DNA from: Nannocystales bacterium | Lineage (GTDB): Bacteria > Myxococcota_A > Polyangia > Nannocystales > Nannocystaceae | Direction: 5' to 3' | Assembly: GCA_050633305.1 (NCBI GenBank) | Contig: JBOEGF010000018.1 | Coordinates: 1 to 64,000 of the forward strand | DNA: 64,000 bases | Shown: in pieces, positions 1 through 9,056 of the stretch | Layout of the letters: every line of letters starts with the position of its first letter | How positions within the stretch are numbered: position 1 is the stretch's first letter | The notes under the pieces: model-generated | The model's input: the letters and a program-made list of their open reading frames with translations, nothing else | Told to the model about the DNA's origin: nothing | Databases searched by the model: none | Translations under genes and position numbers: made by a program

Positions 1-1138
1 ACTCGGTGGCGCTGTCGTTGGGCGCGGCCCCGGGGAAGGCGAACTCGCTGGTGTCGTCGCAGTCGTTGTTGTTGTTGACCGAGCCATCCGGCGGGTCCTC
101 CCCGGGAGGCACCGTGACGCACGACTTCGGATCGCCGAAGCCGTCCATGTCGACGTCGTCACACCACAGCGGGTTCGCTTCGCAGGTCCCGTCGTCGCCG
201 CAGCTGTCCGAGACGCAGTCCTCGTCGTCGTCGCACATCTCGCCGTCCTCGCAGGTCGATCCGCAGACCCCCCCGCAGTCGACGTCGGTCTCGTCCTGGT
301 TCATCTCGCCGTCTTCGCAGCCGTCGCCGGGTTGGCAGGTCCCGGCCGCGTCGTCGCAGTTATTCGAGATGCAGTCGCCGTCACCGTTGCAGGTCTCGTC
401 GGTGTCGCATGTCGGTCCACACGAACCGCCGCAGTCGACATCGGTCTCGTCTCCGCCCTGCTCGCCGTCGTCGCACGACGGGTCGACGCAGAGGTCTGCC
501 ACTTCGTGGCAGGTACTCGAGACGCAGTCCCCGTCGTCGTCGCAGCCCTCGCCGTCCTCACACGTCGCGCCACACACGTTGCCGCAGTCGACGTCGGTCT
601 CGTCTTGGTTCTGGACGTCGTCGTCGCACGTTCCCTCGCAGACGCCCGCGTCTGAGCACGCGTCGGAGATGCAGTCCGAGTCGTCGCTGCACAACTCGCC
701 ATCCTCGCAGGTCGCCCCGCAGCTTCCGCCGCAGTCGACATCGGTCTCGCTGCCGTTCTGTGCTCCGTCGTCGCATCCACCATCACCACCGGAGTCGCAC
801 GTGCCTTCGGCTTCGTTGCAGCTTCCCGATTGGCAATCGTCGTCGCCGCCGCAGCCGTTCCCATCGCCACACTGGCTTGAGCAGGAACCGCCGCAGTCGA
901 TATCGGTCTCATCCCCGTTTTGCACGCCATCGTTGCAGTCGCCGCCCGCGGAGTCGGACTCGGAGTTGGTTTCGGTCGAGCTGTCGGTATCGCTGTCGCT
1001 CCCGGAGATCGAAGCCATCGCTTGGCAGGCTTCGAGGTCGTTCTCCTCTTGGAGGAGCCCATCGTCGAAGCAGGGCTCAGCGCAGCCAGTGAGCGCGAAG
1101 GCACCCACCAAACACAATTTGATCTTTGAGTTGTTCAT
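1..1138 (-). CDS. Cys/Asp-rich repeat lipoprotein (3' end runs off the window; absent from the ORF track)
   Basis: Manual minus-strand translation from ATG 1138 with AGGAG upstream: MNNSKIKLCLVGAFALTGC (lipobox-like), five [NG]xxETD[VI]DCG[GN] repeats, then DMDGFGD...NDCDD. The + strand 442-aa ORF is its antisense shadow. Confidence 0.85.
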   Translation of the reverse strand, partial: MNNSKIKLCLVGAFALTGCAEPCFDDGLLQEENDLEACQAMASISGSDSDTDSSTETNSESDSAGGDCNDGVQNGDETDIDCGGSCSSQCGDGNGCGGDDDCQSGSCNEAEGTCDSGGDGGCDDGAQNGSETDVDCGGSCGATCEDGELCSDDSDCISDACSDAGVCEGTCDDDVQNQDETDVDCGNVCGATCEDGEGCDDDGDCVSSTCHEVADLCVDPSCDDGEQGGDETDVDCGGSCGPTCDTDETCNGDGDCISNNCDDAAGTCQPGDGCEDGEMNQDETDVDCGGVCGSTCEDGEMCDDDEDCVSDSCGDDGTCEANPLWCDDVDMDGFGDPKSCVTVPPGEDPPDGSVNNNNDCDDTSEFAFPGAAPNDSATE

Positions 1139-1150
1139 GATGGTGCGCTC

Positions 1151-2551
1151 CTATTTCTGCAGCAGTTTGAATTCGATGCGCCGGTTCTTGGCCCGACCTG
1201 ACTTGGTGGCGTTGCTCTCTCGGGGTTCAGTTTCTCCGGCACCTCGGGTTTCAATCCGATCGGCACCGACCCCGTGGTCGACGAGGTATTGCTTCACGGA
1301 CTCGGCACGCTGGCCGGAGAGATCCATGTTGTAGGCGTCGCGGCCTCGGTCGTCGGTGTGGCCGGAGACCTCGATTCGGACCTCCGGGAACTCCTTGAGC
1401 ACCTTGACCGCGTTGTCGAGCTTGGTACGAGACTTCGACTTGATGGTCGCCTTGCTGGTGTCGAAGTAGATGCCCTCGATCACGCCGGTGAACTTCTTGA
1501 CGGCCTCGGGGACTTCGTCGGGGCAGCCGTCGCCGTCGTCGTAGCCGTTCTTTGTCTCGGGCTCTTGGACGCAGGCATCCTCCGGGTCGAGGAGTCCGTC
1601 ACCGTCGGTGTCCGGAATGGGGCAGCCGTCGTACTCCGCCACGCCGGGCTCGTCGACGCACGCGTCGTCGGGGTCGAGGAGCCCATCTCCGTCGGTATCG
1701 GGGATGGGGCAGCCGGCATACGCTTCGACGCCCGCGGTGTCCGGGCAGTCGTCATCCTTGTCGAGGATGCCGTCCTGGTCCCGGTCTCCATGTGGGCAGC
1801 CCGCGTTTTCGGGGACGCCGGGTACGTCGATACACTGATCGTCGGGATCCAGGATGCCGTCGCGATCCCGATCGCCCGGTGGTGCCTTGCTCTTCTTGCG
1901 ATTGAGGGTGAAGGACACCCCCGCGAGCAGTTCGACCGTGTGCCCGACCCCGTCGCCGACGCCGGCCTTCGCCGTGAGGGTGTCACGCACATCGACTCGG
2001 AATGCGATGTAGCGGTTGACGAACACTTTGACGCCGGCACCGAAATGAAAACCCAGGTCGACGTCGTTTCCGACCGCGCTCCGCGAGCTGGCGACCCCGA
2101 GCGCAGAGGGACCGGCCAGAGCAAAGGGCGTCACACTCCATCGTGGAATCTGAACCAGCAGGTGTCCGCGCCCCGCCCAGACCGTCGCGCTCTGGTTGTC
2201 GACGTCGGTGGAGGTCGGGATGACCGCGCCTTCGACTTCGACGCCGAGCATGCGCAGGGGGTAGAAGCCGACCCGTCCTCCGACGTCCGGTGCGAACCCC
2301 TTGAGCGTCTTGAATCCCTGCTCGGGAAGCTGCAGATCTGGCTCGAACAGCTCGAGGTTTGCCGAGGGAAACGCGACCCCGCCGAAGATCCCAAGCTCCC
2401 ACATGTTGCGCTCGGGCGCCCAGCGCCGGATCCATTTCTGTTCTTCCCGCCGGTCGGCGACCTCTTCGCCCTCTGTCTCGGTGGTGGACGCTCCATCGGT
2501 CTCGCCCCTGGCTTCCAACGCTGGAGCGAGGGCGAGACTCAAAGGCGCCAC
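1151..2551 (-). CDS. OmpA-family protein with N-terminal beta-barrel-like region and thrombospondin type-3 repeats
   Basis: Four DxDxDGxxDxxDxC repeats. C-terminal OmpA domain (IEVSGHTD...NMDLSGQRAESV...NRRIEF). Start uncertain. Confidence 0.9.
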   Translation of the reverse strand: MAPLSLALAPALEARGETDGASTTETEGEEVADRREEQKWIRRWAPERNMWELGIFGGVAFPSANLELFEPDLQLPEQGFKTLKGFAPDVGGRVGFYPLRMLGVEVEGAVIPTSTDVDNQSATVWAGRGHLLVQIPRWSVTPFALAGPSALGVASSRSAVGNDVDLGFHFGAGVKVFVNRYIAFRVDVRDTLTAKAGVGDGVGHTVELLAGVSFTLNRKKSKAPPGDRDRDGILDPDDQCIDVPGVPENAGCPHGDRDQDGILDKDDDCPDTAGVEAYAGCPIPDTDGDGLLDPDDACVDEPGVAEYDGCPIPDTDGDGLLDPEDACVQEPETKNGYDDGDGCPDEVPEAVKKFTGVIEGIYFDTSKATIKSKSRTKLDNAVKVLKEFPEVRIEVSGHTDDRGRDAYNMDLSGQRAESVKQYLVDHGVGADRIETRGAGETEPRESNATKSGRAKNRRIEFKLLQK

Positions 2552-2709
2552 AAAATTCAGTAAAGCAAAATACGTCCTGTTGTCCCCCTAATGTGAGCGG
2601 CCACGGTAGCCCACTCGGCCGGAAAAGGCAGGGGATTCGGGTGTTCCAGTCAGGGACACCCCGGATGCGCGAGTCCGCTCAGGGACGGTCTCGGTGCGAA
2701 TGACAGGAA

Positions 2710-3618
2710 TTAGGACGGGGCGAGAAACAAGATGGCCACTCCGGTCACCGCCAGAACAGCGCCCAAGACCCCACCCGCTCCCACCCGTTCTTTCCCGACC
2801 CAAACCATATAGGGGATGATCAGCACTGGGGTGGTGCCCATGATGCTCGCGGCGACCCCGGCCTCGATGTGCTGGACGGCCATCAGGGAGAGTGTGACGC
2901 CGAGGAACGGACCCGCGAACGCCCCCCCGGCCGTGTAGGCGAGACCTGGACCGTCCGTCAGACTGCATCGCACCCGGGGCCACCAGCCGATGAACGTGAA
3001 CATCAGCGCGAACCCGGTCATCCCGGCGAATACGCGGATCTGGTTGGCTGCGATCGCGTCGTAGTTTCCCATGCCGTACTTGGACAACACGAGTCCTAGC
3101 CCCTGTCCAAGCGCCCCGCAGAAGCCCAGCAATACGCCCCAGCCTCGCGCCGAGGGGGTCGTGTGATTTGCGGAGGAGGGCGTCCGGTCGAGGATTGCCC
3201 ATATCACGCCGCCGAAGGTGGTGAGCATGCCGCCGAGCTGCCAGGGCCCGAGCCGCTCATCCAGCCAGATCCATCCGGCGATCGCGGCCAGCGGTGGAGC
3301 GAACGACATCATCAACGTGCTCAGCCGTGGGCCGAGGAGGAGGAACGCGCGAAACAGGCAGAGGTCTCCGAACGTGAAACCGACCAGCCCCGAGATCGAG
3401 AGCCAGACCCAGGCGTGTTCCGACGCGTCGCTCGGCCACGGCATGCCTCGAGCGATGGATGCGACGCCCACGAGAATCGCGAACGCCATCACCATGCGAA
3501 GCAGGTTCACGACCATCGAACCCAGACGCTCCCCCGCCTTGGTGAACAGCACCGCGGTCCCGACCCAACACAGGGCGGTCCCGACCGAGTACAGCTCTCC
3601 CAGGTGGGTACCCATCAT
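2710..3618 (-). CDS. DMT/EamA-family transporter
   Basis: About 10 hydrophobic segments in two repeats; SGLVGFTFGD and WLDERL motifs. Start taken at MMGTHLGEL. Confidence 0.85.
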   Translation of the reverse strand: MMGTHLGELYSVGTALCWVGTAVLFTKAGERLGSMVVNLLRMVMAFAILVGVASIARGMPWPSDASEHAWVWLSISGLVGFTFGDLCLFRAFLLLGPRLSTLMMSFAPPLAAIAGWIWLDERLGPWQLGGMLTTFGGVIWAILDRTPSSANHTTPSARGWGVLLGFCGALGQGLGLVLSKYGMGNYDAIAANQIRVFAGMTGFALMFTFIGWWPRVRCSLTDGPGLAYTAGGAFAGPFLGVTLSLMAVQHIEAGVAASIMGTTPVLIIPYMVWVGKERVGAGGVLGAVLAVTGVAILFLAPS

Positions 3619-3721
3619 CGCGCAGGGTGACTGAGGGCTCGACGCAGAGCCAGCCGAATCGACGCGCGGGGCGTTGGACCGCCCATTGACCGCCTTTGGG
3701 GCGTGCAGGCATCGTCCAGGC

Positions 3722-4207
3722 ATGCATCGTTGGGTTGTTTTTTCGCTTCTCGTCACGTGCAGCGGAACGTCCCCATCTGCGGAGGAGCAGCCGCAGGAGA
3801 CGGAGCTCCGTTGGCAGGACGTGACCTCGGAAGCGGCCTTGGCCAAGCTTGCGGCCGAGGCTCAGGCGACGGACCGGGCGTTGATGCTCGACGTTCGCGC
3901 AGACTGGTGCGTTCCGTGCCGGGACCTCGAGTCGAAGACATTCACCGATCCCGAGGTCGCGGCCCTGCTCGGTCGACGGTTCGTCTTGGCCCGACTCGAC
4001 GTCACCGACCCGAAGCCGGAGGCAGAGGCTCTCCAGCTACGGGTCGGCGGCACAGCAATGCCGTGGGTGCTGTTTTGGCCGATGACAGCCGAGCAGGCTG
4101 GCACCTTCGCGAAGGGGGAGGTGCCGCCCCCGGCCAAGACGGTCTCCACCTTCGTCTCAGCGCAGGAGCTGCTGCCCTCGCTCGAGGGCTTCGGGACGAG
4201 GCCTTAG
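3722..4207 (+). CDS. Exported thioredoxin-like protein (DsbD-gamma/thioredoxin_7-like)
   Basis: ADWCVPC CxxC motif, TFTDPEV, and an N-terminal hydrophobic segment. Confidence 0.8.
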   Translation: MHRWVVFSLLVTCSGTSPSAEEQPQETELRWQDVTSEAALAKLAAEAQATDRALMLDVRADWCVPCRDLESKTFTDPEVAALLGRRFVLARLDVTDPKPEAEALQLRVGGTAMPWVLFWPMTAEQAGTFAKGEVPPPAKTVSTFVSAQELLPSLEGFGTRP

Positions 4208-5022
4208 TCCACCTGGGTGTAGACGATGTCGTCCCACGTGAGGGTGCCAGTGTTCGAGTCGTACGTCGCGCTGTGGCTGGGGTTGTTGTCGAGGGTGATC
4301 ACGCCGTCCTTGCAGGCGTAGTTTCCACCCTGTCCGATGTCGGAGTACATCCACAGGTAGGTGCCGTCTTCCTCGAGGTTGACCTGCCACTGACACATGA
4401 CGACGCCGTCGGGTGCGATGCCGCATTCATACTCTTCGAGGGTGAGGTAGTTGCCGGCAACGTTGTCGCAGGCCTCGCCGCTGACAACGGGAATACACAA
4501 GGCGTCTGCTGAGCTGCACGCACCGCAGCAGTCCTCTCCCTCGACGTTGCTGCAGATGCACGGGTTGATCTCGACAACCATGCAGACGGATGTGTCGTCA
4601 CACGCGTCGGCTGCCTCTGGATCGCAGCCTGTGTAGCACCCAGGGTCGATGATGTAGGGGAGCACGTCAGTGTCCATGGGACACGAAGCCGGCTCGTAGT
4701 AGCCCTCTCCGGGGCACGCGTCTGGCGGAGGCTCGCCGCCGCTTTCGCCGGGGCATGGGTCAAACTCGCACTCGGGGCCGCTGCGGCTTACGGGGGTCCC
4801 GTCCGGGCAGATCATCACATCGTCGGTACAAGTGGCGTCGCTGTCCGATTCGCCTTCGGTCTCGCCCGTGTCTGATTCGCTCTCAGCGGCAGAATCTGAC
4901 TCTGATTCGCTCTCGGCGGCGGTTTCGGATTCGACTTCGCCCAGGGACTCCTCTTTGTCGCAGGCGGCGAGCGCAAGGAGTGTGGAACACAGGAGCGGGG
5001 ACAAAAAGCGGCGAGTAAGCAT
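4204..5022 (-). CDS. Cys-rich lipoprotein
   Basis: MLTRRFLSPLLCSTLLALAAC lipobox, acidic Ser/Glu linker, CTDDVMICPDGTPVSRSGPECEFDPCP module. The upstream part of the 627-aa ORF is antisense to the next gene. Confidence 0.75.
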   Translation of the reverse strand: MLTRRFLSPLLCSTLLALAACDKEESLGEVESETAAESESESDSAAESESDTGETEGESDSDATCTDDVMICPDGTPVSRSGPECEFDPCPGESGGEPPPDACPGEGYYEPASCPMDTDVLPYIIDPGCYTGCDPEAADACDDTSVCMVVEINPCICSNVEGEDCCGACSSADALCIPVVSGEACDNVAGNYLTLEEYECGIAPDGVVMCQWQVNLEEDGTYLWMYSDIGQGGNYACKDGVITLDNNPSHSATYDSNTGTLTWDDIVYTQVD

Positions 5023-5079
5023 GGTCAGTCTCTGCAGGGTTTGTGGCCGCGCCCAACTCCAGGTATCACGCAAAATGCA

Positions 5080-6156
5080 GTGCCCCTGTCGATTGTAGCG
5101 CTGGCGCTGATGGCCGGGCTCTCCGAGCCTCCCGCGCCCCGAGTCTCGATGCGCTGGGAAGCCCCTGTCGGTTGCCCCGATGCGGCGGCGGTGGCCGAAT
5201 CGGTCCGGACGCTGGCTGGCGCAGAGGTGCTGGGCGAGGCGGCTGGATCGAGCGCGCAAGCCGACCTCGTCGCGACGGGCTCGGTGACGCTGCGTGCGGA
5301 TGGGTACGGGTTGTCCCTGTCCGTCGCGTCGGCCAGTCACACGCAAGTGCGGCAGTTGGAGGCTGCTGACTGCGCCGTGCTGGCCCGCGCAGCAGCGCTG
5401 GTTGTGGTCGTGGCGCTGGACCCCGTGCAAGTCGCGGCGCGGTTGCCCGAGTCGCTTGCCGAACCCGAACCTGCACCCATCCCCGAGCCTGCGCCAAGCC
5501 CGGATCCGGTCCCAAACCGTGAGGCTGCGCCAAGCCCGGAGCGGCGAACAAGCGCGGAGCACGACGCCCCCTGGGAGCCAAGTCCGCCTGGCGAGCCCGT
5601 GCTGCCGATGAATCTCGGTCCGCTCGAAGTTGGAGTTGGTGTGGGCGCCGGTGTTTCGGGCCTCACGTTGCCGGGGGTCGGAGTGTCCTTCGAACTCTCG
5701 CCATTCATCGGCGTTCGGCGGGTTCACGGGCGCCTCGTCGCGCAGTACCGACCGCCGCGCCAAGCGGAGCTCCCGGACAACCCCAATGCTGGCGCGGGCT
5801 TCCAACTCGCGGCGGGTGGAGCACGGGTTTGTCCCAACGTGATGCCCACGGAGAGCCGGGTCCGGGTACCGTTGTGCGCGGGGGTCGACTTCGGTGCGGT
5901 CATCGGCTCGGGTCGGGGCGCGGACGTCCGCAACAAGAACAACGCGACGTCGTTCTGGAGCGCGGTTGTTCTGGAAGCCGGTGTCTCCGTGCAGGTCGCC
6001 CGCTGGGTCTCCGTGACCGCTGCGTTCGAGGCCGGCATTGCGCTGAGTCAGCCGCTGTTTGTCCTCGAAGGCGGTGGTCGACTGCACGAGTCGGCCCGCT
6101 TCGCGCCCCGGGGCGTCCTTGGGGTGCAGCTACACCGCCCACGGGCGATTCGCTGA
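5080..6156 (+). CDS. Hypothetical exported protein of the type found beside myxobacterial ECF sigma loci
   Basis: WEAPVGCPD...RQLEAADC N-domain, Pro-rich linker, and amphipathic beta-strand C-terminus. Start uncertain. Confidence 0.65.
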   Translation: MPLSIVALALMAGLSEPPAPRVSMRWEAPVGCPDAAAVAESVRTLAGAEVLGEAAGSSAQADLVATGSVTLRADGYGLSLSVASASHTQVRQLEAADCAVLARAAALVVVVALDPVQVAARLPESLAEPEPAPIPEPAPSPDPVPNREAAPSPERRTSAEHDAPWEPSPPGEPVLPMNLGPLEVGVGVGAGVSGLTLPGVGVSFELSPFIGVRRVHGRLVAQYRPPRQAELPDNPNAGAGFQLAAGGARVCPNVMPTESRVRVPLCAGVDFGAVIGSGRGADVRNKNNATSFWSAVVLEAGVSVQVARWVSVTAAFEAGIALSQPLFVLEGGGRLHESARFAPRGVLGVQLHRPRAIR

Positions 6157-6186
6157 GATCTGCGGCGAGGGGCGACCTTCACAAGC

Positions 6187-6927
6187 GTGGCTGCTACGAT
6201 CACGTCCGTGCGAGAGCGTTTGGTCTCCTACTCCGAGGGCGACGATGCCTTCGATGCATTCGTTGTCGAACCCGAGCACTCCGGTCCTTTGCCAGCGGTC
6301 CTGGTCTGTCACGCCTGGGGCGGTCGAAGCGAGTTCGACGAGGACAAGGCTCGGGCGCTGGCCGAGTTGGGCTACGTCGCGGCGGCGGTGGACATGTATG
6401 GGGTTGGAAAACGCGGCACCGACAAGGAATCGAGCGCGGCCCTGATGACGCCGTTGGTCGAGCAGCCCGATCGACTCCGGCGCCGACTCACCGCCGCGTT
6501 TCAAGCGGTTCGCACCCTCGAGCGTGTCGACCCCGACCGCATCGGCTCGATCGGGTTCTGCTTTGGCGGGATGTGCTCGCTCTTGATGGCACGGATGGGG
6601 TTGCCGATGCGGGGCGCCGTCAGCTTCCATGGCCTGCTGGATGTCGGAGCGGACCTCGACGCCAAGCCCAAGGCGCGACTCTTGGTGTTACACGGCCAGG
6701 ACGACCCCATGGTCCCGCCGTCCAAGACCGGTGCGTGGGCGGAGGAAATGAAGCGGATCGGCGCCGACTGGGAGCTGCACGCGTACCCCGGTGTCATGCA
6801 CTCGTTCACGAATCCCGCTGCCAACGATCCCGAGTTCGGCACGGTGTACGACGCGCGCGCAGACGAGCGCTCTTGGAGGAGCGCGAAGACGTTCCTCGCC
6901 GAGGTTTTCGGCGACACGCCACGCTGA
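6187..6927 (+). CDS. Dienelactone hydrolase family protein
   Basis: GFCFGG nucleophile elbow, VSFHG, LHGQDDP, HSFTNP. Confidence 0.92.
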   Translation: MAATITSVRERLVSYSEGDDAFDAFVVEPEHSGPLPAVLVCHAWGGRSEFDEDKARALAELGYVAAAVDMYGVGKRGTDKESSAALMTPLVEQPDRLRRRLTAAFQAVRTLERVDPDRIGSIGFCFGGMCSLLMARMGLPMRGAVSFHGLLDVGADLDAKPKARLLVLHGQDDPMVPPSKTGAWAEEMKRIGADWELHAYPGVMHSFTNPAANDPEFGTVYDARADERSWRSAKTFLAEVFGDTPR

Positions 6928-7059
6928 GTTCTCGACACGGGGCTCCCGGAGGCGCTGGACTGCGGCGCCGACTGGGAGCGCGGTTCGCGAACCCTCGGTC
7001 TTCACGTACGCTTTTTGTGATGGGTACGCCGACCGGCGGCACTGACCCTTTGAAATCCC

Positions 7060-8325
7060 GTGCCTGACGGCTCCCGCAGCGTTGTGAACTCGTCTCCTGA
7101 TCTCGATCGGGTGGCGGACTTGTTCCGTGCGCATTTTGATTTCGTCCGGCGCGTGTTGCGTCGTTGTGGGGTGGGGGAGGCGATGTTGGACGATGCGGTC
7201 CAGGAGGTCTTCCTTGTCGTACACCGCCGGATCGACGATTTCGAGGGGCGCTCTTCGGAGACCACATGGCTGTATGCCGTCGCAGTGCGGGTTGCCTCGA
7301 CCTTGCGCCGCTCCGCCTCGCGGGAGCTGGCGCGGCGAGAGAAGGCGGGCATCCAGATGCACAGCGAGAGCGAGGCCGATCCCGAGCGGGAGCTGTCGCG
7401 CGCGGAAGCAGCTGCCTTGCTGGATCGGTTGTTGGACGAACTCGACACCACCAAGCGGACCGTATTCGTCCTGGCTGAGCTCGAGGGGGTCCCGGTTCCC
7501 GAGATCGCTCAGATCATGGACGCCAACGTCCGTACCACGCACTCGCGGCTTCGCCTCGCACGCAAGCGATTCAATGATGCGCTGCAGCGGCATCACGCCC
7601 AGGAGTCCGGCCGAGCTCGCCGGGCGACCGTTCGAACCCTGGCGCGACGAGGTGTGCCGGCACCCGCCCAGCCGGCGCGAGCCCGAGCGGCTTGGGCGGC
7701 CGTGGCCGTGCGAATCTCCGAGGGCGCCGTGCCGATGGCGATCACGTGGACGGGCGCCGGAGCTGTCGCGACCGCGCCAGGCTTCTGGCTTCCGTTTGCG
7801 TTGACGGTCGGGTTCGGCGCTGGCGGTTTGGGCGTGGTGGCCGTCGTGAGCGCGCCCGAACCGGGGTCGCCGCAGCCCGCCGTGCTCGCTGGCTCGCCGG
7901 ACTCCCCGGTGCCCGCCGTAGGACCTCAGCCGGCTGTCGCGGTCGAACCGCGTACCGTAGATGCGGCCAAGCCCGCCGTACTGCCTCCCGCTGAGGTCAC
8001 CGCAGCCGTCGCTCCCACGAAGACCGTCGTGCGCAAGGCCAAGCCTCGTGGCGTCGCGGCAGGACCGTCCTCCACCGTTTCATCGCTCGAAGCCGAGACC
8101 GCTCTGCTCGAGTCGGCACGGGGGAAAATCCGAGATTCGGATCCGAAGGCGGCGCTGCGGATGTTGGACGAACATCAGGCCCGATTCCCCAGGGGATTGC
8201 TCGCCGCCGAGCGAAAGGCCACTCGCGTCAAGGCGTTGTGCGCTGCCGGGCGCGCGACAGAGGCGGAGCGTGTCGCGGGGGCTGCCACGGACCTACGCGC
8301 TGTGTTCGACGCCGCCTGCGAGTGA
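7060..8325 (+). CDS. ECF RNA polymerase sigma factor with fused TM and anti-sigma-like C-terminal extension
   Basis: DDAVQEVFLVV...TWLYAVA (sigma2) and VFVLAELEG..EIA..TTHSRLRLAR (sigma4), then a TM helix and SLEAETALL...HQARFPRGLLAAER. Confidence 0.85.
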   Translation: MPDGSRSVVNSSPDLDRVADLFRAHFDFVRRVLRRCGVGEAMLDDAVQEVFLVVHRRIDDFEGRSSETTWLYAVAVRVASTLRRSASRELARREKAGIQMHSESEADPERELSRAEAAALLDRLLDELDTTKRTVFVLAELEGVPVPEIAQIMDANVRTTHSRLRLARKRFNDALQRHHAQESGRARRATVRTLARRGVPAPAQPARARAAWAAVAVRISEGAVPMAITWTGAGAVATAPGFWLPFALTVGFGAGGLGVVAVVSAPEPGSPQPAVLAGSPDSPVPAVGPQPAVAVEPRTVDAAKPAVLPPAEVTAAVAPTKTVVRKAKPRGVAAGPSSTVSSLEAETALLESARGKIRDSDPKAALRMLDEHQARFPRGLLAAERKATRVKALCAAGRATEAERVAGAATDLRAVFDAACE

Positions 8326-8367
8326 ATCAGAGGCGAGCGTGGGATCCGGGACAGCGGTCGCGCACGG

Positions 8368-8970
8368 TCACCGCTTGCGGACGCGTGGGACAAACCGCCC
8401 AGCCTGCAACCCGATCTGGTGGTCGATCACGGCATCGAAGTCCTCGACCAACCCTCCGATCCCCTCCGTCTCCGGCTCCAGGTGCCCGAGCGCGTAGGCG
8501 ATCGCCTCGATCGTCGACACCTCGACCTCTGGGTTCTTCGCTTTGCGGATCCGGTAGTTCCCCGGGCGTGGCGGCTCCAAGGCGACGCAGGGGAGCGCCC
8601 GCATCCAGGGGGTGATGTGCAGGAGCTTCCGGGCCTCGGACCAGGTGCCGTCGATGACGACGAGGGTGTCGAAGGAGACGGGCTCGCCTTCGCCCAAGGT
8701 CGTGGCGTCCCGGCTTGGGTACAGGACGGCGGCGTTGGAGACATCGCGGTGGGGAACCCACAGGTCCCCATCCGGGTACTCCTTCTGGGCCAGCAGGACT
8801 TCGACGCTCGACAGGCCAAGTTTGGCGATCCGAGCGGTGCCGAACGGGTGCTTGCGCTCCCGAGGGTGCTGCACGATCAGGACGTGGGTGCGGTTGGGGA
8901 CCTGACGCACGAGGCCGCAGATACAGCCCACGGCTGGCCGAAAGCAGCGGTAACACGTGTCACGGCCCAC
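8368..8970 (-). CDS. DTW-domain protein (tRNA-uridine aminocarboxypropyltransferase-like)
   Basis: CYRC..CIC, QHPRE, GTA, IDGTW, YRIRK, STIEA motifs. Start GTG uncertain. Confidence 0.88.
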   Translation of the reverse strand: MGRDTCYRCFRPAVGCICGLVRQVPNRTHVLIVQHPRERKHPFGTARIAKLGLSSVEVLLAQKEYPDGDLWVPHRDVSNAAVLYPSRDATTLGEGEPVSFDTLVVIDGTWSEARKLLHITPWMRALPCVALEPPRPGNYRIRKAKNPEVEVSTIEAIAYALGHLEPETEGIGGLVEDFDAVIDHQIGLQAGRFVPRVRKR

Positions 8971-9056
8971 GGAAGGACCATGCCCGAAACCGGCCCGCGG
9001 GGGGGCGAAAAACTTCGGCTTTTCAAGCGGGGCGAATTCGGGTGCAGTTGCCCGCG

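Noticed and set aside
250..930. Regularly spaced gcagtcgacRtcggtctcg repeats resembling a CRISPR array
   Set aside because: They encode ETDVDC protein repeats in frame, the spacing is far longer than CRISPR spacers, and no cas genes are present.
6..1334. 442-aa Ser/Pro/Gln-rich + strand ORF
   Set aside because: It is the antisense shadow of the minus-strand Cys/Asp repeat lipoprotein and OmpA genes.
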